IMG/VR virus record: IMGVR_UViG_3300031758_000002
DNA length: 64,000 bases
Reading direction: 5' to 3' (one strand)
Source: a virus
Taxonomy: Duplodnaviria > Heunggongvirae > Uroviricota > Caudoviricetes
Below are positions 26,970 to 35,909 of the stretch, in pieces. Below the pieces are notes generated by a model, which was not told where the DNA came from, searched no databases, and saw only the letters and a list, made by a program, of their open reading frames with translations. Within the stretch, counting starts at the first letter, position 1. Each line of letters begins with the position of its first letter. Made by a program: the position numbers and the translations under genes.

Positions 26970-27296
26970 TTAGTGTCCGTAATCAATAGGTAAATATCCA
27001 CTCAAATTATAGGTTTCTTCCAACCATATTTTTAGAATATCTTGTATTTGTTCATATTCCATATCAAAAATGGATTCAAAAAATATCCAAATTCTTGTGT
27101 AATCAATAAAAACAAACTTATTTTTATCATCTTGATAATAGTAAAATAACGGTTTTTTATCCTTATTAACATAAAATGTTCTATCATAGTTAACAACCTT
27201 AGTTAGATTACCGAATTTATTATTCAACCAATTTAACGCCAGTCTGTCCCTTTTATTTTCCGTTATAATTATTTTCATATATGAATAAATATCCAT
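26970..27296 (-). CDS. hypothetical protein. Internal Met gives MKIIITENKR, family-like; probable start 27278
   Basis: ITEN motif as in MKKNLIITENQL. Confidence 0.35.
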   Translation of the reverse strand: MDIYSYMKIIITENKRDRLALNWLNNKFGNLTKVVNYDRTFYVNKDKKPLFYYYQDDKNKFVFIDYTRIWIFFESIFDMEYEQIQDILKIWLEETYNLSGYLPIDYGH

Positions 27297-27307
27297 AAAA
27301 TAAAAAA

Positions 27308-27331
27308 ACCCACTTTTAAGGTGGGTTTTAT
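27308..27331 (-). terminator. rho-independent terminator (CCCAC-loop-GTGGG)
   Basis: AAAAAAACCCACTTTTAAGGTGGGTTTTAT, downstream of the gene ending at 27333. Confidence 0.55.
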
Positions 27332-27332
27332 A

Positions 27333-28181
27333 TTAGAGTTGTTCTTCTTTTATTTCCTGTAAGGTTTTAAAGTAATTTACTCTCGTATTGGCTATCTCGG
27401 TATAGTTTGGTGATAACTCAATACCTAACCATCTTCTTCCCAATACTTCAGCGGCAACTAATGTTGTTCCACTACCAGCGAATGGATCTAAAATCACATC
27501 GTTTTTGTAGGATAATATTTTGATCGCTTTAGTTGGGATGTCCATTGAGAACGTCGCCTTGGTGAGTGATTTAGTATCTGCAAAGTAATTCCACTGACCA
27601 AAAACAAGTTCCATAAACTCCTTCTTATCTTGTTCTTCATATACAACTTTCTTTTTTATGGTTCCATCCTCCTGTTCAATTTCAGTAGGTGTCCCTTTCC
27701 ACTGAGGTTCTCCCTTAACCTTTTTAATGTGGTGTTTTTTGTATGCAAGTATTACACACTCCTTTGGATTATAAATATACGGACTTGACGGACTCATCCA
27801 AGATCCCCAAGCAGTTGTTTTACTACGATGAGGTGAATCTTCTTCTAAATCCACGATACCGAAGAAACCAAACCCAATTTGTTTCATTAATTGATACATT
27901 TCAGAAACAAAGAAAATTCTTCCCCCTTTCTTTTGTCTATTGATTTCATATGGAATATTCAACGCGATTCGTCCATCATCTTTCAAAACATTATATGCTT
28001 CAGTTAACCAATTTTTGGCAAATACCAAATACTCCTCAAACTCCACATCATCATCGTGGGTATCATACGCAATCCCGACTCCGTAGGGTGGTGATGTGAC
28101 GATTAAATCCACAGACCCTTCAGGTAATGTTTTCATCACCTCAATACAATCTCCTGTTATTATTTTTCCTGTTTCTATCAT
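27333..28181 (-). CDS. DNA methyltransferase, beta-class N6-adenine/N4-cytosine (pfam01555-like)
   Basis: Motif IV DLIVTSPPYGVG comes first, then motif I ILDPFAGSGTTLVAAEVLGRRWLGIELS. That order defines the beta class. Confidence 0.8.
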   Translation of the reverse strand: MIETGKIITGDCIEVMKTLPEGSVDLIVTSPPYGVGIAYDTHDDDVEFEEYLVFAKNWLTEAYNVLKDDGRIALNIPYEINRQKKGGRIFFVSEMYQLMKQIGFGFFGIVDLEEDSPHRSKTTAWGSWMSPSSPYIYNPKECVILAYKKHHIKKVKGEPQWKGTPTEIEQEDGTIKKKVVYEEQDKKEFMELVFGQWNYFADTKSLTKATFSMDIPTKAIKILSYKNDVILDPFAGSGTTLVAAEVLGRRWLGIELSPNYTEIANTRVNYFKTLQEIKEEQL

Positions 28182-29017
28182 TTTTTCTCCAATGTTTCAA
28201 TGTGGTGTTGCAAATACCACAATGCTTTTTTAAGATCCTGTAATTCTTTATCTAACTCTTTCTTACCCGCTCTTGAGATATACTTCACAGTATTACCAAG
28301 GGAGAATCCTAAGTCCCAAGCATCAATCACCTTGATTGCTTCATATGGGTTTGACTCTCCCCCATAGTGGTTAGGGTGATTTACTTGTTCCTTTTTTTCT
28401 TCCATTTCTTTTTTCTTTTTGTGAGCCCAAAATACTCCATCAATATGATAGGTATTAAATCCTTGCCAGTCAAATGATTCAATTACATTATTAACACCTT
28501 CAGTAGGATCTTTTGAGGACTTATAATCATCCAAATATACAATACCATCATCATTAATAAAATTAATCACATTATTAATATCACCTCTAACGCATTCCTC
28601 AAAGTGGCACCCATCAATCTCAATAAAATCAAATTTTGTTTTTGATGTGTCTAAAACTCTTGGAACAACCTCAAGGGAGTTACCAGGAAATAAACTCAAA
28701 TGTATGTTCCACTTCCTGTAATGCTTGGCAAGTATTGAGTGATTGTTAACAGTACTCTCATATTTACAGTCATCAAATACAAAAACAATTATTGGTTTCC
28801 TATTAAAATCAGGATCTTCATTAATTATTTTCAATAATGTCTCACATATTAAAACCATTGAATGTCCTTCATTGAATCCTATTTCAATAATATTTCTTGG
28901 TTTAATTTGGTATACCAAATCTTGTAGGGTATGAATCCTTTCTGGGTACCAACTAATGTTACCCTCACCCTTACCAAACATCATTCCGGGTAATTTGTTA
29001 AATATATTATTTTCCAT
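28178..29017 (-). CDS. class I SAM-dependent methyltransferase-like domain fused to a C-terminal DUF3310 domain
   Basis: Motif I-like IIEIGFNEGHS and acidic FDFIEIDG / VYLDDY. The C-terminus (HPNHYGG...YEAIKVIDAWDLGFSLGNTVKYISRAGKK...DLKKALWYLQHHI) matches DUF3310 as I remember the family. Confidence 0.5.
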   Translation of the reverse strand: MENNIFNKLPGMMFGKGEGNISWYPERIHTLQDLVYQIKPRNIIEIGFNEGHSMVLICETLLKIINEDPDFNRKPIIVFVFDDCKYESTVNNHSILAKHYRKWNIHLSLFPGNSLEVVPRVLDTSKTKFDFIEIDGCHFEECVRGDINNVINFINDDGIVYLDDYKSSKDPTEGVNNVIESFDWQGFNTYHIDGVFWAHKKKKEMEEKKEQVNHPNHYGGESNPYEAIKVIDAWDLGFSLGNTVKYISRAGKKELDKELQDLKKALWYLQHHIETLEKK

Positions 29018-30206
29018 TTAAATCAAATTTAATTTCTTTTGTAGGGATATTACTTCCATCCATTGTTTTACCATCCAATTCAAATTCTTCATCATTGAAG
29101 TATTCTTTTAATAGTTCATCGGTTGGGATTGTTTTATAATCCATCTTAAGGTTGTCCATATCAAGTTTATAATTCATTTTATGTTTGATGTCGTCAATCT
29201 CTTCAGCGTTTCTTAATGATTCACATATTTGATAAATGATTTTATATGGATCAGCATTAGATGATGGTCGTCTATCTTCAACATATCCCTTCCATTCTTT
29301 TGCGGTTGATTGTGGAACTCTAATTGATGCACCTCTATCTGAAATACCCCAACTAAACTTATTAATTGATTGGGTTTCAAATTTACCCGTCAATCTTAAT
29401 TCATTTGATGAACCATAATTTTCAATATGTTCTTGGTGTCTTGTGGCAAAACTTGAGAAAATTGATTTAAAATGATTTTCACCACCTTCTTCCCTCATTT
29501 TATAATTTGAGAAGTTTGTGTGAAGTCCAGATCCATTCCATTCACCTTTTTGGATTGGTTTTGGGTGTAGTTCAATCCCATAATTATATTTTTCGGACAA
29601 CTTATGTAATAGGTATCTAGACATCCATAAATCATCTCCTGATTTCAATTTACCTTGAGAGAATACTTGATACTCCCATTGTCCAAGTGCAACCTCGGCA
29701 TTTATTCCTGTTATGTTAATCCCATACCTTAAACATAAATTCATATGTTCTTCAACAAATTCTCTACCCGCAACATATTCTCCAACACCACAATAATATT
29801 TACCTTGTGGTTCCAAGTTGTTTTCATCGTGGCCTAAAATACATTTATTTTTTCTATCATAGATAAAGTATTCTTGTTCAAAACCAAACCACAAATCCTC
29901 TTGTTCATTACCAAGTAATGATCTGGTATTTGATTGATGTGGTGTTCCGTCTGAATTCATAACCTCACAAAGAACATACACACTACCAAATTTATCATCC
30001 AAATAATGTCTTACAGGTTTTAAAATACAGTCTGAAGTCCCAGTTTCTGCTTGGTTTGTTGATGATCCGTCAAAGTTCCATTCAGGAAATCTACCCGTTA
30101 TAAATGAATTTTTTATGTCATCGTAATTAACAATTTTTACCTTACTTCTTAAATTTGGTTCCGGCATATATCCGTCTAACCACAGATATTCAAGTTTAAT
30201 CTTCAT
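29007..30206 (-). CDS. glutamine synthetase, type II (eukaryote/GlnII-like)
   Basis: GSII signatures EYLWLDG (YIWIDG), GKYYCGVG (GPYYC), FEQEYF, EWNGSGLHTNFS and ASIRVPQ. 399 aa. Confidence 0.8.
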   Translation of the reverse strand: MKIKLEYLWLDGYMPEPNLRSKVKIVNYDDIKNSFITGRFPEWNFDGSSTNQAETGTSDCILKPVRHYLDDKFGSVYVLCEVMNSDGTPHQSNTRSLLGNEQEDLWFGFEQEYFIYDRKNKCILGHDENNLEPQGKYYCGVGEYVAGREFVEEHMNLCLRYGINITGINAEVALGQWEYQVFSQGKLKSGDDLWMSRYLLHKLSEKYNYGIELHPKPIQKGEWNGSGLHTNFSNYKMREEGGENHFKSIFSSFATRHQEHIENYGSSNELRLTGKFETQSINKFSWGISDRGASIRVPQSTAKEWKGYVEDRRPSSNADPYKIIYQICESLRNAEEIDDIKHKMNYKLDMDNLKMDYKTIPTDELLKEYFNDEEFELDGKTMDGSNIPTKEIKFDLNGK

Positions 30207-30394
30207 TTGTTTTTATTTATATATTTTATGATTTCATCCTCAGTTTTTCCTTCGCAGAACATTTTGAACACTTCATTTGAAAAGTCGTCACTAATAATAA
30301 TTGCATCGGCTGATAGATATCTTGATAGGTTATCAAGATTATTAATAATATTATCTTTTCTGAGTATCCTCTTGTTGAATCCCATTATTTTCAC
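30203..30394 (-). CDS. hypothetical protein (63 aa)
   Basis: ORF, 4-bp overlap with the GS gene. Confidence 0.3.
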   Translation of the reverse strand: MKIMGFNKRILRKDNIINNLDNLSRYLSADAIIISDDFSNEVFKMFCEGKTEDEIIKYINKNK

Positions 30395-30492
30395 TCTTTA
30401 ATTTGTGATACATTTCTCTAACTTTTTTACCCAAATCACTATCGTTTGGATTTTCCTTAACCAACTTTTCAAAAATTTCTATTATATCCATA

Positions 30493-31284
30493 TTACTTAA
30501 CTTTAATTTGTATCACTTTTTTTTCTTTCCCATACATTTCTTGATTAATATATGAAATCAGTTTTCTTTTGAATAATGGTAGTAATGTTTCATTGATTGG
30601 GAATATATCACTACATTTCATTTCAAACACAGGTAATGATGGTTTTTCTTCATCAGAACTCCATTGAGAAAATGTATTAATTATTTTTGGTATAGTCAAC
30701 TTATCTTTTGGTTCGGAATGAATTAAATTTACAAGTGTTTTTTTCTCAATGGAACCTCTTGATGCTGGTGTTATGTTGTACTCCCAAACATATAAACTAT
30801 TTGTTTTATTCTCATTGTAGTAAAAGTATCCTTTGTTTAACGATAGATTTTTTTTGTTCTTTTTAATTTTAACTTCAATTGTTTCAAACACGACTGACCA
30901 CACGGACTTTGCAACATTGAAGTACTCCATTAGTCTTGGTGCGGAAAATTTTAATATACTAATAAACTCTTGAGTTTCTTCCTGTGTCATGTCAGGAATT
31001 TGTTTGATTTTCAAATCCTTAACAAGGAGTTCATCATCAATCGTATCAAACTTCTTATCAGTATAAATTAATTTTTTATCTTTAATTAGGGTTTGAATAC
31101 TTGCCAAATGCAATGACAACTCTATGAAACCAGGATATAGTTCCATATTATCAAGTTTCTCTCCCATTTTTTGGAAGTAACTTAATAATTTATATTCTTT
31201 GTGTTCTTGATCAATTGGTTTTTCAAATAACCAATCTGTTTCCATTATAAATTCAATTCCTTTATTTTTCTTTTTTCTTGCCAT
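30493..31284 (-). CDS. hypothetical protein (263 aa)
   Basis: ORF. Confidence 0.4.
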   Translation of the reverse strand: MARKKKNKGIEFIMETDWLFEKPIDQEHKEYKLLSYFQKMGEKLDNMELYPGFIELSLHLASIQTLIKDKKLIYTDKKFDTIDDELLVKDLKIKQIPDMTQEETQEFISILKFSAPRLMEYFNVAKSVWSVVFETIEVKIKKNKKNLSLNKGYFYYNENKTNSLYVWEYNITPASRGSIEKKTLVNLIHSEPKDKLTIPKIINTFSQWSSDEEKPSLPVFEMKCSDIFPINETLLPLFKRKLISYINQEMYGKEKKVIQIKVK

Positions 31285-31320
31285 TTATTCAAGTATAATA
31301 AAGGTTTTGTCATCTGTAAA

Positions 31321-32829
31321 TTATTTATCGGTTATCATTACAACATAACTTTGGTTACCCAAATTAATAATATCATATGTTGAGTCGTAACCATTCAAAA
31401 TACCATAATCCTCATCACCAGCAACATCTTCAATAAATGCCTTTTCATCAATAAAATTATCAACATCCATGTCGTAATTTCTCAACCAACTTATAGGGTC
31501 ATTAGAAATTTCGTATTTTTTATCTTCAACCCTTTCTTCAACCGAATCTTCATCCAAATCACCATCAGGATTTTCTTCAATTTCTTGTATTTCATATTCA
31601 ATATCAGAAATTCTACTTTCACGATCATCTTGGTGATCGTCAGTGTCTTCATCATCATATAGTTGACCTGGTTGAACTATCGATCCGTCTTTATATAATA
31701 CCCACTTATTTCCTTCATATTTTAATTGAAATTCGTGTTCTTCATCTTCATCCCAAAAATCAAATACAGTTCCATTTTCTTCTTTTGTTGGGTACTTTAT
31801 TGGAAACCTGACTCCTTCATTTTCATAAACCCATTTCTCCATTTTAAGAACCCAAAGTTCATCTTTTTGACTTCTACTTAAATCTTTTACAACGTCATAA
31901 TTATCAGGATCATCATATATCCATTCTCTAATAACATCTTCAAAATAGTCGGCAACCTCATCACCATCAATATGTCTTTCAACCGTATATTGATTAAAGT
32001 GTCTATATCCTCCATCATCCAATAATTGTTCAACCCATTCTTTTTTTGATTCATCCGCTTCATATTCGGTTCCAACGGCAATTGTCACATCATTAAAATC
32101 ATCATATGTTGTCATAAAAGATAACATATTATAATGTCCAAAACTTTTGGGTATCAATCCATAAACATCATTATTTTCCTTTCTTAATAAATCATCAATG
32201 TCTTCTTGTAATTCATCGTATTCACTTTGCAATTCAGATAAAAGTTCCTCATCATTTTCCGCTTCCATTCTATCAGAAATATTAAGTTGTCTTTGTTCTA
32301 AATTTTTTAATTCTCTTTTTTCTTCTGATGTTATTTCTTCTATCTCACCATTTTCAACAAGGTACTGAAACGCAGCATTTGCTTTTAATCCCTCATCATC
32401 AATGTTCGGATAATCTAAGTCCCACACACCATTTTCTCTTCTTTCTTGGGCATCATCCAATTCTTTTCTTCGTTTCCTTATCTTTTCTTTAGACTCCAAT
32501 GGTGTATTATAGTACCATTTAGACCCCGTAATTGTCACACCATTTAAAGTTTCTAACTTTGATCTAGTTGCCTCTAATGATCCTTGTAGATATATTGTTC
32601 CAAGATTTGTAACTGGTTTACCTGATATATCTAACCTACCGTTTACTTTTATTTTCTTACCTCTAAACCTTCTTGTCTTTTCAAGAGCCGCACCATTATA
32701 TCCAGTTACAGATAATAACTGTTCATATTCATTTGCGGGAATTTCAATAAATTCAGATTCTTCTTCGTTGAGTTTAGTTTTAATTATTTTAATTAAATCT
32801 GATTCGGTAAGTCTAATTACTTTTTTCAT
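31321..32829 (-). CDS. large acidic protein (502 aa) with family N-terminus MKKVIRLTESDLIKIIKTKLNEE
   Basis: First 13 aa identical to the tandem triplet at 16.2-17.2 kb. The rest is highly acidic (D/E-rich). Confidence 0.5.
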   Translation of the reverse strand: MKKVIRLTESDLIKIIKTKLNEEESEFIEIPANEYEQLLSVTGYNGAALEKTRRFRGKKIKVNGRLDISGKPVTNLGTIYLQGSLEATRSKLETLNGVTITGSKWYYNTPLESKEKIRKRRKELDDAQERRENGVWDLDYPNIDDEGLKANAAFQYLVENGEIEEITSEEKRELKNLEQRQLNISDRMEAENDEELLSELQSEYDELQEDIDDLLRKENNDVYGLIPKSFGHYNMLSFMTTYDDFNDVTIAVGTEYEADESKKEWVEQLLDDGGYRHFNQYTVERHIDGDEVADYFEDVIREWIYDDPDNYDVVKDLSRSQKDELWVLKMEKWVYENEGVRFPIKYPTKEENGTVFDFWDEDEEHEFQLKYEGNKWVLYKDGSIVQPGQLYDDEDTDDHQDDRESRISDIEYEIQEIEENPDGDLDEDSVEERVEDKKYEISNDPISWLRNYDMDVDNFIDEKAFIEDVAGDEDYGILNGYDSTYDIINLGNQSYVVMITDK

Positions 32830-32923
32830 ATTTTATAAATATTATTGATATACCAAAATTATTTACAAAATACATTCTATTAAGATATTTATAAGAAAAT
32901 AAACCTAATAAAAACAATCAGCT

Positions 32924-33070
32924 ATGGGGTGTGGATGCAAAAATAAGAACAATGGTGGAACTCCCGCTACTCAACAAGCACCGGCTCAAGGACAGCCACA
33001 GCAAGTAAAAAATGCCACTGTTCAAGAGTCAGTTAAAAAAATCGTTGAGAAGTATTATAACAAGAGGTAA
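32924..33070 (+). CDS. small ORF (48 aa, MGCGCKNKNNGG...), GC-richer than its surroundings
   Basis: Not in the supplied track (shorter than 60 aa). Followed by a hairpin plus T-run at about 33095-33125. Confidence 0.25.
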   Translation: MGCGCKNKNNGGTPATQQAPAQGQPQQVKNATVQESVKKIVEKYYNKR

Positions 33071-33136
33071 TTTATTTCTACCAAAGAAATTAATGGGTGG
33101 TTACGGAAGTTTCCACCTTTTTTTATATTTATAGGT

Positions 33137-34153
33137 ATGTCAAAAGTTTTAGATTTAGTAAATAAATTCAATAATGGTGAATGGGATGATATCTCTGATG
33201 TATTCGGAGGTGATGTAAAAAGATTTTATTCCTATGTAAAACGCGCAGGATTTTTAAATTATTTTGATTTAGATAGTATACACTACGAAGATGAACGGTT
33301 TGTAAATGAGTTGATGTTATATCGCCTACAAAACGATCCTTCATATCTAAACGAGATTGTTCAGGGTTTTTTAAGTGATGTTGAAATTCGTGGTGATGGT
33401 TATTATTTAATGTTGAGTGACTTATCTGAGTTATCCGATTTTTTTAAGGACAACCAGTATTCAAGAGAATATAACGATAGAGATATTGTAAAAAATGTTT
33501 TAGATGAGGATTGGTGGGAACCTTATAGTGATACCGTTTACGATGTTTATAAAGATATTGTTGAAGAACTTAACGAAAAGAATATGAAATTATTAGCCGA
33601 GAGAGTTTTAGAATTGGTTGGTAATCAAGAATTATCTTTAGATGATTATAAAAGTGAATTGTTTAGAGATATGTCGGATGACGATGGTAGATTTATCATT
33701 ACTGAATCAAATGTGATGTCTGTTGTTGAGGATGAGGACTCTATGAATTCATTATTTAAAGGTGATTTAAATGATTTGATGAATAGTTTTCGTTGGTTGG
33801 GTGATGAGGCTTACAATCAGGCATATAATGATGAAGTGTACTCGGAGGTATTTGATGAGTTATCAACTTACTTTGAGGGTAAGCACAGTTGGGTTGAAAA
33901 CAAAAACGGTTTAAAAACCGTATATATACCTTATATTAAAATTAAAAACATTAAAAGTGATATTGAGAATTTTTTAAATTCATTTGCTGGATATGAGGAT
34001 ACTTTATTTGAATATGGTGATTACTCATCAATGTTACGCCATTACATGGGCGATAGTGATGATTTTTTAAGAATCAGGGTTCCTGACTATCCAGATAATA
34101 GAAAAGTTGTTGAGAATATCAATGACGGGTTACCTGATCGTCTTTATTACTAA
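33137..34153 (+). CDS. hypothetical acidic protein (338 aa)
   Basis: ORF on the plus strand in a short plus-strand block. Confidence 0.45.
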   Translation: MSKVLDLVNKFNNGEWDDISDVFGGDVKRFYSYVKRAGFLNYFDLDSIHYEDERFVNELMLYRLQNDPSYLNEIVQGFLSDVEIRGDGYYLMLSDLSELSDFFKDNQYSREYNDRDIVKNVLDEDWWEPYSDTVYDVYKDIVEELNEKNMKLLAERVLELVGNQELSLDDYKSELFRDMSDDDGRFIITESNVMSVVEDEDSMNSLFKGDLNDLMNSFRWLGDEAYNQAYNDEVYSEVFDELSTYFEGKHSWVENKNGLKTVYIPYIKIKNIKSDIENFLNSFAGYEDTLFEYGDYSSMLRHYMGDSDDFLRIRVPDYPDNRKVVENINDGLPDRLYY

Positions 34154-34205
34154 ACTATTTATAATGTTGTTTTAATTTCATACACATTATAAAAATTTAA
34201 TAGTT

Positions 34206-34904
34206 ATGAGATTAATTAACAAAAATTCAAAAAGAGGAATCGTAAATTTATTTGCCGACTTTATTCTCTCAAAAATCAACAAAACAGAAAAATCAATTAT
34301 CCAAGTCACAGATTGTGGTGCATTTATGGTTGTTAATGGTTTAACAACATCAAATGAGTATTTAGACATAAACGAAATTAAAAATGAGTTCAAGGAATCT
34401 TTTGGTGATACCCTGAAGGAGCTGGAAATGTCAGATATTAATACCATTGATGTTGTTAGATATAATCAGGATATAAACACAATTCATAAGGGTTGGGTTA
34501 TGGTAAAGAAAGATATTTTTGTTGAGGAACCTGAACCTGATATTTCAGAAATATCAATTTCATCAGAATTCCCATATGGTTATAGTTTAGATTGTGGAAG
34601 GTTAAACACATATTACTCACATTACATAATGAACCATATGTTTAATTTATTAGGTGTCAATGAAGTATCATTTTATTTCACCACTGAGGAAGATAATAAT
34701 GAAGATTTAAAAATTAAAATTATATCCGACTCAAAAATTGACAAGAAATCAATTAAGTCACTTATTCTTGATGTATTTGATTTTAATATGGACTCATTTA
34801 GAGAGCGTTTGTCGGATTATAATTTAATTGATGATGTCCTGAATCCTGATGGTGAAAAACCGTACCTTAAACAAGATTTATTAGAACATATAATTCTATT
34901 CTAA
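34206..34904 (+). CDS. hypothetical protein (232 aa)
   Basis: ORF. Confidence 0.45.
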   Translation: MRLINKNSKRGIVNLFADFILSKINKTEKSIIQVTDCGAFMVVNGLTTSNEYLDINEIKNEFKESFGDTLKELEMSDINTIDVVRYNQDINTIHKGWVMVKKDIFVEEPEPDISEISISSEFPYGYSLDCGRLNTYYSHYIMNHMFNLLGVNEVSFYFTTEEDNNEDLKIKIISDSKIDKKSIKSLILDVFDFNMDSFRERLSDYNLIDDVLNPDGEKPYLKQDLLEHIILF

Positions 34905-34910
34905 CAAAAA

Positions 34911-34931
34911 ACCCCATCCTAAAAGGTGGGG
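34911..34931. terminator. bidirectional rho-independent terminator between convergent genes
   Basis: AAAAAACCCCATCCTAAAAGGTGGGGTTTATTTTTT. Confidence 0.65.
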
Positions 34932-34939
34932 TTTATTTT

Positions 34940-35224
34940 TTATTTCTCAATCCATTCTCTAATTATCTTGACACCGTCTTCTAAATCTTGATAATCTCTA
35001 TCAGGTGCAAATAATTGACTAATCGGTTCTGTCTCAGGATTTTCAATTAACATAAATGCCGGAACAAATTCATTCTCTGTTATCTCAACAAACATATTAT
35101 ATTCCTCTTCATATTCGTCAATGTCGCGATCAACAAAATCAATCCCTTCTTTAACTAACATATCTTTCATCTCAACACAAAAAGGACATCCTTCCATTGT
35201 GAATAATACTACTACCTTATCCAT
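34940..35224 (-). CDS. glutaredoxin-like protein (CPFC active site)
   Basis: TMEGCPFCVEMKDML near the N-terminus. 94 aa. Confidence 0.6.
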   Translation of the reverse strand: MDKVVVLFTMEGCPFCVEMKDMLVKEGIDFVDRDIDEYEEEYNMFVEITENEFVPAFMLIENPETEPISQLFAPDRDYQDLEDGVKIIREWIEK

Positions 35225-35531
35225 TGATTAATTCTTGAACTAAACCTTTTATTTCATTTTCTTGGAGAACCCCAACTCTTGTGTTAGTTACATTCCCACC
35301 ATTAAATACTTTAATTGTCGGTACGCTCCTAACCCCTAATGCCATTGCAACTTCTCTGTTTTGATCAACATCCATCGTATACATCTGTACATTAGTAGTA
35401 TTTTCAGTTGCAACTCTTTCAAAAATTGGTTTCATCATTTTGCAGGGTCCACACCAAGTTGCCCATAATTCAACGATTACTTTCTCACCATTATTTATTT
35501 TTTCTTGTAATTGATTTCCTGTAATTTCCAT
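35217..35531 (-). CDS. thioredoxin
   Basis: Canonical WATWCGPCKMMKP active site. 104 aa. Confidence 0.8.
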   Translation of the reverse strand: MEITGNQLQEKINNGEKVIVELWATWCGPCKMMKPIFERVATENTTNVQMYTMDVDQNREVAMALGVRSVPTIKVFNGGNVTNTRVGVLQENEIKGLVQELING

Positions 35532-35532
35532 T

Positions 35533-35874
35533 TTATTTTAATCTTGTTAAATTTTTTATGAATAACACAACTTCATCAAGTTGTGATATGTCGTATATTA
35601 CTTTTATTTTATAAGTAGTCTCAACCTCCATTTTAGATAAATACAAATAGATACCAGCATTATTTCTAAAAATACCTTCAGTATGGATTAAAGAACCTCC
35701 ATAAGATTTACTATCAAGATACTCAATTGTAAATCGTTTAGTTAATAAAAGTTCAGGTGTAATCGGAATATAATCCATACACTCAATAACACTGTACACT
35801 TTATTCGTTTTCTCCAATAAAGAAGTAATAAAGTCATCAATCTTTTTAAAATATTTTATTTCACTATTCTCCAT
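35533..35874 (-). CDS. hypothetical protein (113 aa)
   Basis: ORF. Confidence 0.35.
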   Translation of the reverse strand: MENSEIKYFKKIDDFITSLLEKTNKVYSVIECMDYIPITPELLLTKRFTIEYLDSKSYGGSLIHTEGIFRNNAGIYLYLSKMEVETTYKIKVIYDISQLDEVVLFIKNLTRLK

Positions 35875-35883
35875 AATAGAAAA

Positions 35884-35902
35884 GGAGGGTGATTAACCCT
35901 CC
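35884..35902 (-). terminator. rho-independent terminator (GGAGGGT-loop-ACCCTCC)
   Basis: Downstream of the DUF932 gene ending at 35910. Confidence 0.5.
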
Positions 35903-35909
35903 GTTGTTT

